NCBI GenBank assembly: GCA_004295085.1
Contig: SHNF01000006.1
Span: forward strand, 3,280-67,279
Direction: 5' to 3'
Length of the DNA: 64,000 nucleotides
Source of the DNA: Planctomycetota bacterium
GTDB taxonomy: Bacteria > Planctomycetota > UBA1135
Shown here: positions 61,953 through 64,000 of the stretch, piece after piece
Numbering within the stretch: position 1 is the stretch's first letter
How the letters are laid out: each line of letters begins with the position of its first letter
Program-made: the position numbers and the translations under genes
The notes under the pieces: generated by a model
Database searches by the model: none
The model's input: only the letters and a program-made list of their open reading frames with translations
Told to the model about the DNA's origin: nothing

Positions 61953-63101
61953 GTGATGCCTACGTCGGTACACGGATACTGGGATCTTGCGGCCTTTCCG
62001 GCCGCGGATGAATCGCTCGAGGCGATCTGCGCGCCGTACATCACGGCTGCCGGCATGGGGCTACTTGAGCGGCTGCCTTACTGGCGCGTGCGAGGACTTC
62101 GAGTTCTCACGAAGTTGGAGGCTGGGAGCATCGCCGCGGGAGTCCTCGACCCATCCGCCCTTCGCGCGCTCATGGCGGGTGGTGCGGAGATCCGGCATCT
62201 TCCCTGTCTGCATGCCAAGATGTATTTGGCTATCGGCTCCGGGGCCGTGTTCGTCGGCTCCGCCAACGTCACTCAGAGCGCCATGCACCTCAATCGGGAA
62301 GTGATGCTGCGGATTGATGAGGCCGCGACGGCGTCCAGCGTCCGCGGGCTCTTCGAGCGATACTGGCAGGAAGCTGTATCCGTAGATGAGCACTTCCTTC
62401 GGCGCGAGGAACAGGCTGCAGCGAACCTGCGCGAAGTGCCGCTGGAGGCGGACGATCGTCTGCTGCTCGCCTGGGGTCAGCGCTTTGTCCTGCTGGAGGT
62501 AAGGGCCATCGTCCTGGAGAAACTTGAAGATCTGGACCTGCCTGCTGATCTCCTGGGCTTCAAGCGGGAGATCACGGAGGAGATCCGCCGGGCGTCTCGG
62601 GTGAAGGTTCGCACGCTTGGCAGGGAGCTTCGCAAGGTGGTGGAGGAGGGAGCCCGGAAAGAGAAGGGGGTCGCCCTTTCGCTCCTGCAGGAGGGCCGGC
62701 CTCGTGCCAGGAAGATGTTGCCGCTTGTCGAGCTTGCCTCCTTCGATCAGGCTTGCCAAGCCTGGGAGAAGCGGCTCCAGATCTTGATCGGGCAGCGGAT
62801 CCGGGATTCCTATGCGCTGGTCCGCCAGGATGCTTGGGAGAACTGTCAGAAAACGCTGGCTCACTTGGGTGACAAGAGGGCGCGTCCCTTCAGCCAGGGA
62901 GAGGTGGAGCGCATTCAGCTCTGGTTCGCTTCGACCTTTCCCAGAATGGAGGCTCTCGTGCAGGACGCTCGGGTGGAGGTGCTCTACTTCGGCTTGCATC
63001 GGTTGCAGTTCGAGAGAGATCCCGGCCTGAGAAACGAGGTGACGAATCGGATCCGCTTGCCCCAGCAGCCGCGGATCCCCGGACTGGTCGAGAAGAGGTA
63101 G
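61953..63101 (+). CDS. PLD-superfamily (HxK...GSxN) nuclease-like N-domain with an unassigned ~230-aa helical C-terminal half
   Basis: LPCLHAKMYLAIGSGAVFVGSANVTQSA. Start at GTG 61953 or ATG 61956. The long minus-strand ORF 62061..63107 is Pro/Leu/Gln-rich and is judged an antisense shadow. Confidence 0.7.
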   Translation: MMPTSVHGYWDLAAFPAADESLEAICAPYITAAGMGLLERLPYWRVRGLRVLTKLEAGSIAAGVLDPSALRALMAGGAEIRHLPCLHAKMYLAIGSGAVFVGSANVTQSAMHLNREVMLRIDEAATASSVRGLFERYWQEAVSVDEHFLRREEQAAANLREVPLEADDRLLLAWGQRFVLLEVRAIVLEKLEDLDLPADLLGFKREITEEIRRASRVKVRTLGRELRKVVEEGARKEKGVALSLLQEGRPRARKMLPLVELASFDQACQAWEKRLQILIGQRIRDSYALVRQDAWENCQKTLAHLGDKRARPFSQGEVERIQLWFASTFPRMEALVQDARVEVLYFGLHRLQFERDPGLRNEVTNRIRLPQQPRIPGLVEKR

Positions 63102-63313
63102 GCTCAAGCCTCGATGCCCCTGAATCCGGTCAGCTCCGCCGCTCGCGTCAATGAGCAGTTCCGCCTGACGGCCGGATCATGCCGCGCGTCGCGTCACAAC
63201 GCCCCTACGCTGCCCGGCCGCCAGGGATGTGGACGGCCGGCCCGTTACAGGCGAACGACGGTTCCCCTGTTCAGTCCGTCCGATCCGCGTAACTGAGTTC
63301 TCCCACGGTCAGC

Positions 63314-64000
63314 CTACTCCGCCTCGAAGCCTTGGCTCGCGAACTTGAGGGTCTTGCTGTTCTCGGTCACCGTGCGGACGATCTGCTCCGAGGCTCCATT
63401 GGCGAGCGACGCCTCGATCTCCAGAGTGACCGTGACCTCGGCACCCACTTGCCCGGCAAGATGTGCGATCACCTCGTCGGCGATGCGGCTTGCGTCTCGC
63501 CCGACTCGAGCCGGGTCGAGTCGCACAGTGCCATGGAACCGCCGCAGCTTGCGTTCCAGGGGCGGCTGCGGAGCCGGTCCCGGACCGGGTGGAACAGGGA
63601 CGGGTCCGGGAATCGTCGGCGGCGCTTCGGCGTCGAGCTGCCTACGGGCTACTTCCGGTTTCACCAGTACGCCAATGCTGTCCTGCGTGATGGCCACCTG
63701 CTGCCCACCGCGCAAGCCGCGATACCGGGCGGCCGCCTCGTCGAAACCGTCTGCATAGGCGAACGTCTCTGGCTGCCAGGTGAGGAGGTCTAAGCCGGAC
63801 CGAATTGCATTCACCAGCACCGCAGGCTCGGCCAATCGCGGCAGGTAGAGATAGCGCGCGAAGTCTTCCACGAGCTGGCGGACGGCGACGTGATTACCGC
63901 GCCAGAGCGGCACGTCGTCCATATGCTTGCGCAAGATAGTCGCGGCGAGGTTCGTCACCAGAAGCTCGTCGTTCCGCAGTTTCTTACTGGCACGGACGGC
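63314..64000 (-). CDS. 3' end of a large gene whose start lies outside the window. The C-terminus resembles DUF499-type ATPase proteins.
   Basis: The frame is open beyond 64000 (...SKKLRNDELLVTNLAATILRKH...). The tail RRFHGTVRLDPARVGRDASRIADEVIAHLAGQVGAEVTVTLEIEASLANGASEQIVRTVTENSKTLKFASQGFEAE matches my memory of DUF499 C-termini. The family call is tentative. Confidence 0.6.
   Translation of the reverse strand, partial: AVRASKKLRNDELLVTNLAATILRKHMDDVPLWRGNHVAVRQLVEDFARYLYLPRLAEPAVLVNAIRSGLDLLTWQPETFAYADGFDEAAARYRGLRGGQQVAITQDSIGVLVKPEVARRQLDAEAPPTIPGPVPVPPGPGPAPQPPLERKLRRFHGTVRLDPARVGRDASRIADEVIAHLAGQVGAEVTVTLEIEASLANGASEQIVRTVTENSKTLKFASQGFEAE

Noticed and set aside
61841-62011. ORF MSQVSWHDNAAVGELTHWERGSHLVFASDKQAESVRRGD... 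as a frameshifted N-terminal extension of the PLD-motif gene
   Set aside because: The PLD domain is complete from the 61953/61956 start, and the frame is closed by TGA at 61944. The upstream ORF shows no recognisable motif. Its status is unresolved, but there is no evidence for a fusion.
62061-63107. 348-aa minus-strand ORF antisense to the PLD-motif gene
   Set aside because: It has Pro/Leu/Gln-rich composition typical of the antisense of a Glu/Leu/Lys-rich gene. The + strand carries the HxK...GSxN motif and a continuous sensible sequence.
1-64000. CRISPR arrays, integrons, IS elements and prophage structural genes
   Set aside because: No regularly spaced short repeats, no attC-like sites with GTTRRRY cores at the repeats examined, and no transposase, integrase or phage structural motifs in any frame I read.

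Overview
This is very GC-rich bacterial DNA. Most 60-nt lines I hand-counted exceed 70% G+C. The organism is probably diderm, because OM beta-barrel, lipobox and twin-arginine signals are present. Almost every real gene casts long Arg/Ala/Gly/Pro-rich shadow ORFs in other frames. I therefore called genes only where the translation shows recognisable motifs, signal peptides, SD sites or sensible composition. All family names come from motif recognition by eye, no search was run, and start codons are often uncertain. Positions 1-44.3 kb look like ordinary chromosomal backbone. They hold secreted propeller and peptidase-like proteins, two beta-lactamase-fold hydrolases, a C11 peptidase, yjcH-actP, rhlE, and two tandem paralogous secreted proteins followed by an OmpR/HK pair. 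They also hold a Na+/H+ antiporter, ygiD, two B12-type radical-SAM genes, a tricorn-like protease, and a Ser/Thr kinase divergent from an ECF sigma factor. Small decayed genes are hidden in this part: a RelE-like remnant, a DUF1330 gene with an in-frame TAG, and an AraC remnant. A four-copy intergenic palindrome family is also present. Positions 44.35-64 kb form a mosaic toxin-antitoxin/defence island that begins inside an apparently truncated SWIM gene. It contains XRE-ImmA plus a PIN-like gene, a second STK-TPR kinase, and an NTase-fold plus wHTH pair. It also contains VapBC, an orphan 358-aa gene, a dead HigB next to a HigA-ImmA fusion, a zeta-like ATPase, and AbiEi/AbiEii. A lower-GC patch at its end carries a GmrSD-like gene, a PLD-motif gene and the 3' end of a DUF499-like gene. 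The island holds many gene fragments and two internal repeat families. No rRNA, tRNA, CRISPR array, integrase or transposase was seen. There are two kinds of candidate for an undescribed system, and I cannot decide between them from sequence alone. (i) The same-strand cluster downstream of the ECF sigma at 39.4-44.4 kb: a small Trp/Pro-rich protein, a B12-rSAM, a 746-aa unknown and a SWIM gene. (ii) The unassigned island modules: NTase+wHTH, the 358-aa orphan, the PLD gene with an unknown C-terminal half, and XRE-ImmA+PIN-like.
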